Assembly: GCF_037042905.1 (NCBI RefSeq)
Contig: NC_087263.1
Coordinates: 15,440,001-15,504,000 of the forward strand
Length of the DNA: 64,000 nt
Direction: 5' to 3'
Origin: Lytechinus pictus
Taxonomy: Eukaryota
Positions 13,583 to 26,556 of the stretch are shown one piece after another (the stretch's first letter is position 1; the number at the start of each line of letters is the position of its first letter). The position numbers and the translations under genes are program-made. The notes beneath the pieces were generated by a model. That model did no database searches. It saw only the letters and a list, made by a program, of their open reading frames with translations, and was not told where the DNA came from.

Positions 13583-15340
13583 GGGTGTTGAGCAATCACC
13601 AACATAAATAAAAGTACATGTATACAAGAGTACTGGTATGATGCATGGTCTGTCACACGGAAAGAATTAATCAGTTGAAACAGATTAAAAGTAATTTATA
13701 CGGATCTATATCCGAGCTGAGGGATACGCTAAATACAAAATCGATATGTTCTTTGGAACGTAGCCCCCTCCGCTTTGTTGAAGACGTGCTCCTTTCGATT
13801 TAGGATTCACTTTGTATAGACCTCGTTGTATTTCGACTGGAACTAAAAAGGGCATTGACCCCAATATCTCCCTTTGTAGCCTATTTGGTAAATTGCAAAT
13901 TCGTCTACTGCCAACTCGTCCACTCACCACATGGTCTACTTTCATTTAGTCTTATGCCATTCCGTCCATTGTCTAATCACCATTTCGTCTCATAACCAGT
14001 TGGTCTAATATCCATTTCATTTTCATTCATTTTGCACAATTAACAATTAGTCCAATTAGTTATTAGACGAAATGGTGAGTGGACGAATTGGCACTTAGAA
14101 CATGTGGATAGTGGACGAACTGACTGTAGTCCAAATGATAGTAGACGAGTTCGCAATTGGACGAATTAGCATTAGACTAATTTGGAAATAACCGCCTATT
14201 TTAGTTCAGTATATCGGGCGCCTCTCCAAATCCTCTTACGTTGAGGGTAATATTGATGATATGGATGATATTGAAATTCCGGGGGGGGGGGGGGTTTAAT
14301 GCAGCGCTTAATACCCACGACGCCTCTATGCTTAAATATTGTGATGGATCCACATGGATTAAAATTTTTGACTTTTTTAAAATCCGATTTGCTAAAGGAC
14401 AGAGGGGGTGGGGCTTTGAGCCATAAAAATATAAGCCAACAAATATTTTTAGAATGGTTCACTGTCCATAAAGATATATTCCTTCAGAAAAGGGGGGGGG
14501 GGGACTGGTGGTGGTTCTCAGAAAAGGACAGGTGCGATATTGATAATTCTATGATTAATCGGCTGTGTACCGCCGTCCGCCCCCGCCCCCTCCGGCTTTA
14601 TTGGCGACTGGTCAACCCAATATTTCCGTTGTGTGGGAGTGAAGTGGGGCTATGATATACAAGGTCTACCAACAACAAATGTAATATAGAAACAAACAAA
14701 AACTTGAAAAAGAAGAAGGACATTTAACTTGCTGTATTTGGTCACACGAGATTAAAATTTCATCATTATTTCACTTTCACTTTGAATACTTCGAATTCAT
14801 AACAAAGTGATATTTCGAGTGAAAATGCAATCGGACCATATCTCCTGTGCTATTGTTTCTTTTATACAATTCATTCAGGCATCGTGAACGTGGTCTCAAT
14901 AAATGTAGGCAAAGTTTTTTTAATGTACCAAAGAAATTGCCGCATTTTGACAAGTGTGGTTTGCTCGAGGTTACATTCCGGTAGATTCGAGCGTGCTTTC
15001 AACAAAATAAATGGTGGCTCGTCTTTCAGCTTAGTAAATAAATTGCCATAATTGGGATAGGACCCAGTTCGAAGACAACCGCACACCTTATGACTGTTCT
15101 CGATCCGATTTTGGAACAAATCGCATTTTGCTCATTTTCTGAAAATGTGAATTGAACATATCTTATTATTTGAGGTTAAAATTAATTGAAAGAATATCAA
15201 TATAACCATTTTGATAGATTGCAAGCCTTTATTTTGGAGTAAAGGCCAAATTAGTTTCAAATCGTAGCCAATCGTACGACTGCTATGACGTCATTACGAC
15301 TAGATATTAAATTCACTTTTATGCTAAGAAGGATGATAGC

Positions 15341-15521
15341 TAATACCTCGGTCACATTTGCTCTACGGCGGCCGTATACGGCGAGTCGAAAACAGCCGTT
15401 TTATCCATTTTAATTCAAACCTTGTATATGTATAGCTTTTAAAAGAAAAAAAATGTCAAAACGGCTGTTTTCGACTCGCCGTATATACGGCCGCCGTAGA
15501 GCAAATGTGACCGAGGTATTA
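15341..15521. mobile_element. Palindromic MITE nested in another TIR element (about 15072-15665)
   Basis: Near-perfect arms of about 60 bp, TACCTCGGTCACATTTGCTCTACGGCGGCCGTATA.... Host TIR CCGCACACCTTA / TAAGGTGTGCGG; an uninterrupted partial host copy lies at about 15815-16393. Confidence 0.8.
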
Positions 15522-17037
15522 CTCACAGATTTGAACATAGGTATTCATACGATGATTTAGAACATTACACAGTAAGATATTCCATGTTTCAATATTAGTA
15601 TCAAATTCTACTACATTTTATTCTGAAATCGGGTCGCAGACCAATCGTAAGGTGTGCGGTCGCCTTTAAAGATAAACTTTAACACAAAAGGAAGAGCTGT
15701 CCCTTCCAATTTTAATTAGTTATATGTGCCAATTCGATTTTTGTCCATACTCAATTTTTCATCAGCGATGACGTTCTTTGGTATTTAGTTGTCCGATTCT
15801 TTCAAACTTTCACCAATTTTGGAGTAAAGGCCATATTGGTTTCAAATCGCAGTCGATCTTAATTATGATAACTATGACGTCATTACGATTAGATATTGGA
15901 ATCGCTTCTATTCTAACGAAGAAAACATAGTCATAGATTTAAACATCAGTATTTGTACAATGCTTAAGTGCTTTACACAGTAAGATTTCCATGGCTATAA
16001 ACTATATTAATTAAGAGTTTAAATAATTTTACCTTTTGATTTCTTTAATGATAACTTTAAATTAGTATCCGAAAAACATAACACAAATACAAGAACTGCC
16101 ACCAACTAACTTAATACATAAACGTACATAAAAGTGAAAAAGGTAACAATAATAAAAAAAAACAATACAGAAGAAATGAGATACTACACCTCCAGAGAAG
16201 GGGGGTCAGGAAAAGGGTGTGGAAATGAATTATATGATTATTTGGCATACATAACTGTAAGTGAACTTTTTAAGTTTTGTTTAAAATGCAGTAACGTTTG
16301 TGCTAGAAATTACATAAATTAAGTAAATAAAATAAAATAAATATTCATACCAAACATTGGATCGCGTACAGTCGTAAGGTGTACGGTAGCCTTGAAGCGA
16401 CGACCAAAATCGACCTGAACTATTCATGTTGCGTGATCCTTTACAATCACGCAATCATTGGATCATTTACGTTAATGAAAGGAAGGAGTCAAAGCGAGAC
16501 AAGGAATTCTATTTTATGAGCGATCATTTAATTGTTATACTATCTGCAAAATCGCCTGGCCGTGTAACCCCCTAGTGAGGTTTCATTTCTGCTTTCCATA
16601 TACAGATATAGAAATGATATAGAACCACCATTTCCCTTCAAAATTTGTTTCTCATTTTCCCGTGCCGCTATCGCCCCTTGCATCGCAGAAGAAACTCGTA
16701 TGTGTTCGGAAATCGATGGCGAAATGATCCGAAGAAATATGACTACTTTCCAGAAAAAGAATTTGGCAAACCAAGTTCTGAAAACATCTCCTGTGAATAT
16801 GGAGAGCTTCTCTTGCGTGACCTGATTGATCAATATAATCTTTATCCGGGAATTGATCAATAAGTGTCAGCATAATTAATTCGCTGACTTCCTCTGCGTT
16901 AAAAAAAAATGTTACGACATTTTAATTCAGGGGGGGGGGGGGCTTAATTTCTGTGTTACCTTATTTTACTTGGTAATCAGCGCATCATACACTACGTATC
17001 GAAAAGTCACTCTTCTATAGAAAAAAATCTGTCACAT

Positions 17038-17319
17038 GGAGCGTTGTGGCACATGAGGGGATAAGTCTCCGGACTTTGAAACAGAGGGTTGGTGGGTTCG
17101 AATCCCTGCAGCCCTGGCGTAATTTGCTTTAGCAAGAAATTGATCCACAATGCGCTGCACTCTTGAACCCATGCAGGCAAGGTGAATTGGTAGTTTTTGG
17201 TACCGACAGGACGTAAATCCTCAAAAAAGCTTTGGGCACCGGAATCGGTATTGGAGCGCCTAGAGCACCCAACAAGGTTGATACGTGCGCTGTATATACC
17301 CTATAATGTTATCATTATT
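17038..17319 (+). mobile_element. tRNA-derived SINE (diverged)
   Basis: GGAGCGTTGTGGC head and GGTTCGAATCC B box; same core as 48030-48317. Confidence 0.75.
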
Positions 17320-17623
17320 GAACAATGCACTAAACAAAAACAAAAAAACCTAATGATAAATTGTGACTCTTTCTAGGCCGCCATCATGGTCGTGAAAATG
17401 ATCCAGGACTATAAATTTCTTTTCACACCCTATTCTCTGGAACTGCCAGGTAAACACCGTAAAAGCTTCTGTCAGACCATGGATCTATATACTCTAGTAT
17501 GGTCAGACGCTATACCATCGGTATGCTTTTAACAGTTTTCGTAAGATGTCGTCAAGACGACCGCAAATTTATTTTCGTTTTCACAACATGAAATGCACGT
17601 TCTGTCAACAACTAGATTCTTCA

Positions 17624-17770
17624 GGGGCCTGTTGCAGAAAGAGTTGCGTTTAAACGCAAGTCAAAATATCAAGCGCAAGTCCCGAATACGGGTGCTTCAT
17701 TGGCTGAAAATCAAGTTGCACAAGATTTTTTGAGTTGCGTTTGATCGCAACTCTTTCTGCAACGGGCCCC
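17624..17770. mobile_element. Palindromic MITE
   Basis: GGGGCC(T/C)GTTGCAGAAAGAGTTGCG inverted; a diverged copy lies at about 60004-60145. Confidence 0.75.
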
Positions 17771-19465
17771 TGTACTGCAACAGTGACACCAGTGAAACCG
17801 ACCCTAGGCAGACCAAAGATTTTACGCTATTTCCAAATGACCAATCATCGATCGGTCTGGGGTAGGTCTCATTGGCATGGTCTGTGTGAAAGTGGAGTTG
17901 AACAGCTAAATAAACGAACTTAAAGGGAAGATGATTATTAAGCGTACACTGTAGAACTTCTCAATACTTCTGTATGCATATCGCAAACACTACCAATTAG
18001 AAGTTATCACTATACTGACCCGTAGGAACTTGGAAGTCCCCAATTTTAGATTTGAGAAAATATCATGATAACCTTTTATCATATACACGTGTGTTTAATT
18101 TGGAATACATATCTAAAGAGAAAAAAAATCCAACGCTATGAGATATGTGTTTAGATCCTATAACAAACGTATCTGAATTCATATTATCTAACGCTAAACA
18201 TATAGATGGGGGGGGGGGTGGGCTTAGGGATCCCCCTTCACGACCAAGATAAATCAGAGGAGAAAAAAAGGAAAGAGGAGTGAAATATGACATTGATTGT
18301 ACGTCAAAACCAATCGCAAAACTAAACTTTATGTAAAAATTGTCAAAATTTTCCGCTCGCTCGCTTCTCGACATCGCGAATTCTCACAAATTTTACCCGA
18401 TACTGAGCCATTTATTTTTGTTCATTACGCGACTGCCAAGGTGCTTATGGATTAAAGTGTTCAATATTCCCAATTACAAAACTGTAGAAGAAACTTGTAT
18501 AATCATAAGTGTTAATGAATTGTGTCGAGTGTTCACAAGTGTTAAAAAGCTGAATTGGGTATTTCGACAGGCTAAACTCCCTCTGCGTTAAATGTTACAT
18601 TTTAATTCAAGCGATAACCTTCGAATTGATCGTGTTTATGATCTCTTTTTGAAACGTGATCGGGTGTTTATGAACTACTACAGATACGCTTTATAAGAAG
18701 TCAGAAAATTGTTAAAGTTTTACGATGTATAGCGGTCGTTTATCATGACTTAACAGACAGTATACGACAATATCTAACAGGGGGATTAGCGTAGATATCG
18801 AGACAAAATGTCTGTACATGTGTGAATTGAAACAGGTTAGAGCATTGCTACGTATGGATTATCTCGCACAATGCAACACTGGATTAGAGGGTGGAAATTC
18901 GGAGAAAAAAGGAAGAGAAAAATTAGAAGAGACATTCAAAAGGAGCCCTAATCCCTGACAGAAACCGTAAAGATTTTACATTTTAGTTACCTTGATCTAT
19001 GCCTTGATGATAAAAGGAAGGGGGAATCGAGGTGAAGTCTACTAGATTTATTAGCCCAATTATTGTGAACTTTTCCCAGGCTATTTTTTCCCCCTTCAAT
19101 ATTAGGAGAGGCACACGTGTGCATTGGTCGATGCAACCCCTAAATTATGAAATATATTTTATTAGCCATAGTACAATATACAATTGTCTCCTTATTCAGA
19201 ATCGATTTGACCCTCGAGCCGCACCTACCGTTTTACATCCGATACGTCCTCATGGATTAATGAAAGCTAGCGCAGAGGATTAACCTGTGATTAACATATC
19301 TATTAATCCGGCTAATCTTGGATAAGAGTGTAGTGATCTGCAATCTGGCATGTCGCTGGCGGCCGGATTAAAAAGCCACTTCTTGTTTTATTATCGCTGG
19401 AAAAAAAGTACTCAGCAGAGTCGATCGGCATGTTTTTTTTTATAAAGAGGATCAGTTTCTATTCT

Positions 19466-19836
19466 GGAGGAGCCGTGGTGTAGCGGTTCTGACTCTCGCC
19501 CTGTAAAGAGAGGGTCGTGTGTTCGAATCCCATCGCGCTCTAGCGTCCTTTGGCAAGGCGTTTATCCACACGTTGCCACTCTCGACCCAGGTGCTAAATG
19601 GGTACCCGGTAGGATGCGAAAGATATTGTAAGTTTGAATTTGCCAGCGCCATAATTAGGCTGCGATGAATGCAAGAAATCTCCCCAGGGAGTAGAAATTG
19701 TGCACTTTTCGTGCGGATTGAAATTAATCCAATGACCGGGGTGATAATATGCTGTAAAGCGCTTTGAGCCGTTCTGGGAAAAGCGCCATATAAAAATTGG
19801 CTATTATTATTATTATTGATTTATTATTATTATTAT
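19466..19836 (+). mobile_element. Full-length tRNA-derived SINE with L2-like tail
   Basis: A box TGGTGTAGCGG, B box GTTCGAATCC, core ACTCTCGACCCAGGTGCTAAATGGGTACC, tail TGTAAAGCGCTTTGAG...(TAT)n. Confidence 0.85.
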
Positions 19837-20236
19837 CCACCCATAGTATATGATGAACTAACGGATGAGATCCCGTGGCCGAGTGATTTAAATTCTTTTT
19901 TTTTTTTTCTTTTTTTTTTGGTGGGGGTACTTTTATTTCAGGTGTGATTATTGGCATTTTCGAACGAGCTATCGTGCCAGATTTTACATGCATGTTTTTT
20001 ATATTAAATATGAAACCATACTTATTTATCTTTTTGGAAAACAGTGGGACCCAGGAGTGGCTTGACAGGTTAATTTACGCCGCAGAGGGGGTGGGGGGGG
20101 GGGGGGGGTCAATGGGGCGTCGGCTACCCCTTACCGATTATGATGAAATTTGATTTGTGAAGATCGTCGTCCTTATTTTTTGAAATGCACCATGTGACAA
20201 CCATTTTAGGAGCCATATTGTTTTCGGACAATGTGT

Positions 20237-20530
20237 GGGCGCGTCGTGGTCTAGTGGTTCTGACTCTCGCCTTTCAAACAGAGGGTCATGAGTTCGAATG
20301 CGAGCCATGGCGTGTTTTCCTTCAGCAAGAAATTTATCTTCGCTGTGCTGGTGATGGTAGCTCGAGCACAATTCTTATGCATTATTCCGATTGATATTGT
20401 ACTTTAAATTTGACTATGTATTGTTACTTTGATTTTGTTGTGCTTTGTGAACGGAAAATGAATAAATCTAAATCCAAGCCGGGTCAATAATAGTAGCGCT
20501 TTGTATCCTCAGGCAAAAAGCGCTATTCAA
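20237..20530 (+). mobile_element. tRNA-derived SINE, interrupted or rearranged
   Basis: Head GTGGTCTAGTGG...GTTCGAATGC; tail remnant AGCGCTTTG...AGCGCTA at about 20495-20526. Confidence 0.65.
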
Positions 20531-20565
20531 TTCAATTCAGTTCTTTATTTCATTTCCATTCAAAC

Positions 20566-20724
20566 CAGGGGCCTCGGAAGCGGGGGGGGGGGGGGGGGTC
20601 ACGGTCACCCCCCCCCCACTTTTTTCCAAAACCGTGTACAAAACGTAAAAATTACCATAGGATTATGATTTTTTGCATGGTCAGCCCCCCCCCCCACACT
20701 TTGAAAACCGTTCCGCGGCCCCTG
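20566..20724. mobile_element. G-tract MITE with CAGGGGCC termini
   Basis: TIR CAGGGGCC(T/G)CGGAA, flanked by CAAAC on both sides. Confidence 0.75.
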
Positions 20725-20735
20725 CAAACATAATA

Positions 20736-21465
20736 CAGTGCGTATCAAAAAGTTTACACTTAGAAAAAATCCTGTAAAATTATACATTTGTAATATCCTG
20801 AAGATTTTTCCACATTTTAACATTGGTACAGATCCATTTAAGCTAATGACGATATAACTGTCGAAAAATATTTCCGCTTGAGTGAGCACCACTTACTTTT
20901 GAAAAGTTAGTGAAAAATGATTTGCGCAGAACTTTGAAATAGTTATGCGAATAAAAGTAGACCTTAATCATGAGGAACACGTGTAATTTGGCTAGTAAAA
21001 TTGATTTAAAGATATCTTTTACCTTTTTTAACTTGTTTCCTTGCCCAACACACTTAGAAGAGTGCATTGCGCCCCATCCCACTCGCCAACACACCGATGC
21101 CCTCGTGACGATATTTGCTTTACACTGAGCTGTGATTTACATGAAATGGCTTAGGCTTGATTTTCACTTTGTTAATCATTGACAAGCTTGGAAAAAGTGT
21201 GGAGAAACAAGTATTAAATGAAAAATGAAATGTAAACCCACTTTAAATGACAAAAACTTAGGGAAAACTTAGGGCAAACAGATTTCTGCGAGCTTTACAC
21301 AAATAGACAGTGCTCACTCAAGTGTAACATTCTGTCAAAACTTTTACTTTCATTGGATAGATGAGACCCAAACCCAAGATTATATGTAAAAAAATTACCC
21401 ACATGTTGTATATTTTTTAATTCCCAGGGCTTTTTCAAAGTGTAAACTTTTTTTGATACGCACTG
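20736..21465. mobile_element. Tc1/mariner-type MITE
   Basis: TA TSD; TIR CAGTGCGTATCAAAAA(AA)GTTTACACTT. Confidence 0.9.
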
Positions 21466-21642
21466 TATAAATCGGGCAAAATTTTACACATGAACATTCT
21501 TACCTCGTAAATAAAAACAGTATAAAATTGAGCATAAATGGAAATAGGCGGAATTCTCTGAAGGCAATGCTTGTAAAGTGTGGATCCGCCTTGGAAATGA
21601 AAAAAAGGGTAAATTTTCGACTTTATCAATTCGACTGGATCA

Positions 21643-21761
21643 TAGCCTCTGGTCGTCTGTTGTCGAGGCCCATGCGGCTCATACCATACCCTCGGCCTTA
21701 GCTCGGGGTCGAAATCGACAAAGAGCAGCCGCAAAGCCGCCAGGGTCTCGACAAGAGGCTA
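21643..21761. mobile_element. Small MITE with TAGCCTC...GAGGCTA ends
   Basis: TAGCCTCTGGTCG / CGACAAGAGGCTA inverted termini. Confidence 0.55.
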
Positions 21762-22495
21762 ACTGGTCCCCGCCTGTGTACTCAATATCATATTTTGGGC
21801 TTTTTTACGAGCTACTACTGAGAAAGCCCCTAACTTTTAAGGACAAGTCCACTCCAACAAAAAGTTGATTTGAATAAAAAGAGAAAAATCCAACGAGCAT
21901 AACACTGAAAATTTCATCAAAATCGGATGTAAAATAAGAAAGTTATGACACTTTAAAATTTCGCTTAATTTCACAAAACAGTTATATGCACATCCTGGTC
22001 GGTATGCAAATGAGGAGACTGATGACGTCAACCATTCACTATTTCTTTTGTGTTTTATTATATGAAATATAAAATATTCTAGTTTTCTCCTTATTGTCAA
22101 GTGATACAATGATTAATTCCTCCATGAACATGTGGAATAAGCATTGGTTAATACTATATGGTTCAGTCAAGTTGGTCCTTATTGTCAAATCTTCTTTCAC
22201 GTTTTTTACGAGCTGCAATTGAGAAAGCCCTCAATATTTTTATTGAGGTAACTTGAATTTGATACGTTGTAAAATATGGATTTCTTCCAGACACTGAATA
22301 AATAAACCTGAAAAGACGTATTCTTTCATAGTAGTGCCAGTGCCTCTTTTATGAGCTACGATTTTACACGTGAAGGAATGGCAATCTGCATTACCCCGTG
22401 TGTGCCCTGCAATGGCGCAAGTGTCATGAAATCGATTAAAAGGAACGTCGGGCGGTGTATGATTTCTCTTCGCACAGATCAATATTCATATTCCC

Positions 22496-22654
22496 GGGGA
22501 CCGTTTCATCAACATTTTTGTCCGACAAGTTGTCAGATCTGACATCTTTCCCAGACTCTGATTGGCTGTGAGGCACTGTTACTATGGTAACTGTCGGATA
22601 AAATGGTACTTGTCGGATAAAACGTCTGACAAGTCCTTTCATGAAATGCTCCCC
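22496..22654. mobile_element. Short MITE family GGGG..CGTTTCAT...ATGAAA.GCTCCCC
   Basis: Related copies at about 9476-9620 and 31538-31660. Confidence 0.7.
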
Positions 22655-24351
22655 TGTTCTCCGCTCTGGAGAAGCTCAATGCGTATACACACAATTTCTA
22701 CCGGATTATGGATTAAGAAATAATTATCCAATTGAGATGACATTTTGTCAGCGTAAGGAAATCGATAAAAATGGACCAATTACGCGCATAGCTGACCTTT
22801 CCGTATAGCAAAGGTCGACGTCGCGTATTCATTATGTTCATTGCCAAGGCCATACTCTCTGGTTGGCGGCGATGATGCGTGGGAATGTAGGCATATACAA
22901 GCAGGGCGTTGGGGGAGGGGGGGGGGGGTTCTTCGGAAGGATTGGGGCTATAATTAAAAGGGGGATAGGGGTGGAGTACGGGGACGGGACCAGGATTATT
23001 TTTTCTACTATACCGCCACTCCCCATATGCTATTTCTTCTTTTCAGCAAGCAATTTTGGGAAAGTATCTGCTCTCAGGGGCAGGCACTATTATTTTGTCT
23101 TATTTTATTTTAAACTCCCCAATGTCAATGTGGAGCCAATGTGGTATCCAGTCAGTATTACGAGATTATGTGATTAGCACCAGCTGGTCAGAACATGTCA
23201 TATAAAAGTCACGCCGTAACACGCGAACCATCGTGAAATATGATATTGCTAAATACCGTGTGTCGAAATTCTACGCATCTGATTGGTCAGAACGGAAGCC
23301 ATGAACTTTACTCAAATAAAATAGCACCAAAAAATATTGACCGGGCAAACGATGACAAAATGACTAATTATGATTTACTATGTTTTTCTATAAAAAAACC
23401 TGTCATAATTGAGTAAATAACTTACTTATACTTTCAGCCCCCAAATTTTTGTATACATTTTAGAGACTTACATATATTTTTTAGGGGTCGACGTGATTCC
23501 ATTTTCCCCTCAGCCTTTTTTTTTTTTTTGGGGGGGGGGTGAAAATAGAAGCGGTGATACTTCAAATGCCCCGCTGACTATGTGGGCATATCAGAAGCGA
23601 ACTCAAGTGATAACTGAAACTCGCCCCACCCCACCCCCCCCCCCCCCATATATTTGGGACGTGCCATCCTCCATGCATAATGCTCAGAATTGAAGAAATA
23701 ATACTTCAAATCGACCCCCCCCAAAAAAAAAAAAAAAAAAAAAAAAAAACCAGACCTCTCCACTTTTTTTCTCTATTTTTTTAAGGAAGGGGATTTTTCA
23801 CATTAAGAAATTTTCCTACTGATAACAGGGTCTGACAATGCCATTGGCACTGAGCTGCGGAGCCAATGAGCCCATCTACACCATACCAAGTGTTTAAAAT
23901 TACTCCGTTAGTATAGACATGGAGGTTCGACCTCCATGGTATAAATAAGGATGATGGAATATGCCCGGGAAAATAAACTAATGATACTCACTTCAAACTT
24001 GGATACTCCCTCGAAACGATCAGGCGATATCAACATGCATTAATCAGTCGTTTATCCACTGGTTTAAATGAAAGACACATGAAATATGAAATATCCAAAT
24101 CAAATATATTGATAGAGATCTTTCCAAAATCACAGGTTTTATTGATTGCCCACGGGTGACAAAATTGCCTTCGCCTTCTGTGAAATGTCGAGAGTATTAT
24201 GGTGCAAGTCCAAACGTGCAAGTGAGTATATATATATATTCACATTACCAAGCTGTTGTGAAATTCACTTTTGGTTTGAGGTAGGCGCGCGATGCTCTGG
24301 CGTTACGGATCCGGACTTCATTCGCTGCGCATAAACGTTCAAGGCATGGGC

Positions 24352-24525
24352 ACTGGGCGTTGTGGCGTGCGCCTGTAATCCAGGCTATGCGGGGAAGTAA
24401 CAAATTGATGCAGAGGTTCGAGCCCTGGTCACGTCTTTCGGATGGTGACGTTAAAGGTCGGTCCCAGACGTAAATAATCATATCTGATTGATACACGTCT
24501 GACAAAACTCAAATACACACACACA
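24352..24525 (+). mobile_element. SINE-like element with 7SL-Alu-domain-like head, B box, Deu/Nin-like core and (AC)n tail
   Basis: Head ACTGGGCGTTGTGGCGTGCGCCTGTAATCCAGGCTATGCGGG; B box GGTTCGAGCC; core GTCTTTCGGATGGTGACGTTAAA; 3' stem CAGACGT...ACGTCTG; tail ACACACACAC. Confidence 0.7.
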
Positions 24526-26328
24526 ATGATGGCTGACGGAGGGCTTCTTCCGGAAAATAGCCCCCCCCCCCGTCCCACCCATAAAAAGTGGTGAATTATA
24601 GCAAGGACAGCTCTAGGGTAATACTAATTCAGTGCGTTAAAAAAAAACGTTGAAGGCAGGGGTATCGATGACTGAGGGCTTCATCCGAAAAATAGCCCCT
24701 CCCCCATGCAAAATGAGGAGGGGTGTGTAACAAGTGGTGAATTATAACAAGGGCATGCAGCTCTATAGCCAAGTTCCCTTTCGAAGTGAATAAAGACGGT
24801 GGTACGTCACGTGAATATGAACTAATCATGGACTGAAAAAAAGTTTTTCAAGATTTGAGCAGGGGATGCGCTTACTAAGAAAAAAAAAGGGGGGTGGTAT
24901 TACGACAGTGGTTATCACCGCTCTCGTGTGTCATTTGCCCTCAAAATGTTTTTTTTTTTTTTTTTCAAGCAAGAAAGCAAACTGATTGTAAAAAAAATGA
25001 GGGCGGGTATGTTCGCACTCCCAGGCATGGTTCCGCGCTTGATTTCCAATTACACCTATTCAAAGTTTTGTGTTTTTTTGTTCTGTGTTCTGTGTTTCTG
25101 GGTTTTTTTCCTTCAATAGTTAACCTTGTTAATTACGATTTGAATTTCACTGAAAAAAAACATTTTTATCACTTATTTACTGCAGGGAACCCATATTAAC
25201 AAGCTTTGCTTTCCAGTGGGTTCCCCTTTTTCGTTTATTGCCTTTGTAATTTTTTGTCGAATGTTGAAATAAAAAAGAATAAATGTAATCAATCAATTAC
25301 TTTTTCTTTTCCCCTGATCACTTCATCCATTCCTCCATCCTTTTCGTAAGAATGGGGGAGGGCGGGGTTACAAGAAACGATGAACGTAACTTAAGATTGT
25401 TAAAGGACATATCATGTTAACATTAAAGGAAGCGTGAATATTTGTTGTAAAAAATATTTTGGCATGATGCTCTTTGAGTCGTCTCCTATAGAAGTTCATC
25501 CAAAAGCAAAACAAATATTGTCAGAAAGACGGGCGCACCCCGTCGTAAAATTTGGAGAAAAAAGGAATGGCGCATCCCGTAAATTCCTTCATGGGGGGGG
25601 GGGGGGGGGGAGGGGGTGTCAGGCCTTTTCGGACAAAGTATCACCGCCGCATTTTTTTTTTAATCCAGGATCCACGGGTGATATAATTAAAATGTAGTTT
25701 CTTCTTCCCTTCTCCCACCCTCTCCTTTCTTCTCATTTTCTTCCATTATTTTCTACACCTCCCTTTCCTCCTCTTGGCCTCCTTCTTCATTTTCTAGTTC
25801 TTCCTCCCCCCCCTTATTTTCCTCTGTTTTGCTTCTTTTTATTTTCCCTTTCATATTCACATTTTTTGGCATTTTGGTGCAATGTCTTAGAGCCCTACCC
25901 AAATGTACTTTTTTTTTCAAATTGCTATATAGTTGTAAATTTTGATTAGCTTGAATTTTCAGAATACTCTACATTATAAATATTATATTTAATGAAAATA
26001 CCCCTGGGATATATTTGCGCGTGGACTATTACATGGACTTTTTTCACCAGAAAAGCAACCTGATTACTTCTTTTGTACTTTTTTTTAAAAGGTCATGTGA
26101 CTCATGGTTACCATCTTAATGCGCTTCAATCGAAACCCTTTCTCCACGCAATATTCTCCTCGAAAGTGTGACCCATTTCTGACGCCATTTAAGTTTATTT
26201 CGTGACCTAACGGCAATATAGGCCTAACATTCCGAGTCGTACGTGCAAAATAATGGTGGTGGAGTTGAAAAAAAAAACTAATCCAGAACATGACAATAGA
26301 ACTACTTGAACATTGAAAGGCATATTAA

Positions 26329-26556
26329 CATAGGCGGCGGAAGCGGGGGGGGGGGGGGACGTCCCCCTAAATGTTTTTTTGTTGATAACCTTTTTTTTTT
26401 GTGCTTGTCAAAAAATTCTGGTGGTCCCCCCTAAAATTTTGGTTGCTAACCTTTTTTGTTTGCTTGTCAAATTTTTCACTTGTCAAATTTTTCACCTGTG
26501 TCCATCCCAAAATTTCAAATGGACCCCCCTAAATTGTTTGGCTTCCGCCGCCAATG
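26329..26556. mobile_element. hAT-type MITE
   Basis: TIR CA(T)(A/T)GGCGGCGGAAGC; 8-bp near-duplication CATATTAA/CATATGAA. The paralogous copy at about 32300 has the empty site. Confidence 0.85.

Noticed and set aside
16540..16873. Overlapping 72-106-aa ORFs in unique-looking DNA
   Set aside because: No recognisable motif or convincing splice sites; left unassigned.
24352..24400. Genuine 7SL gene or human Alu contamination
   Set aside because: Similarity covers only about 44 nt. There is no S domain, no Alu body and no poly(A), and the 3' part is non-Alu and embedded in native repeats.
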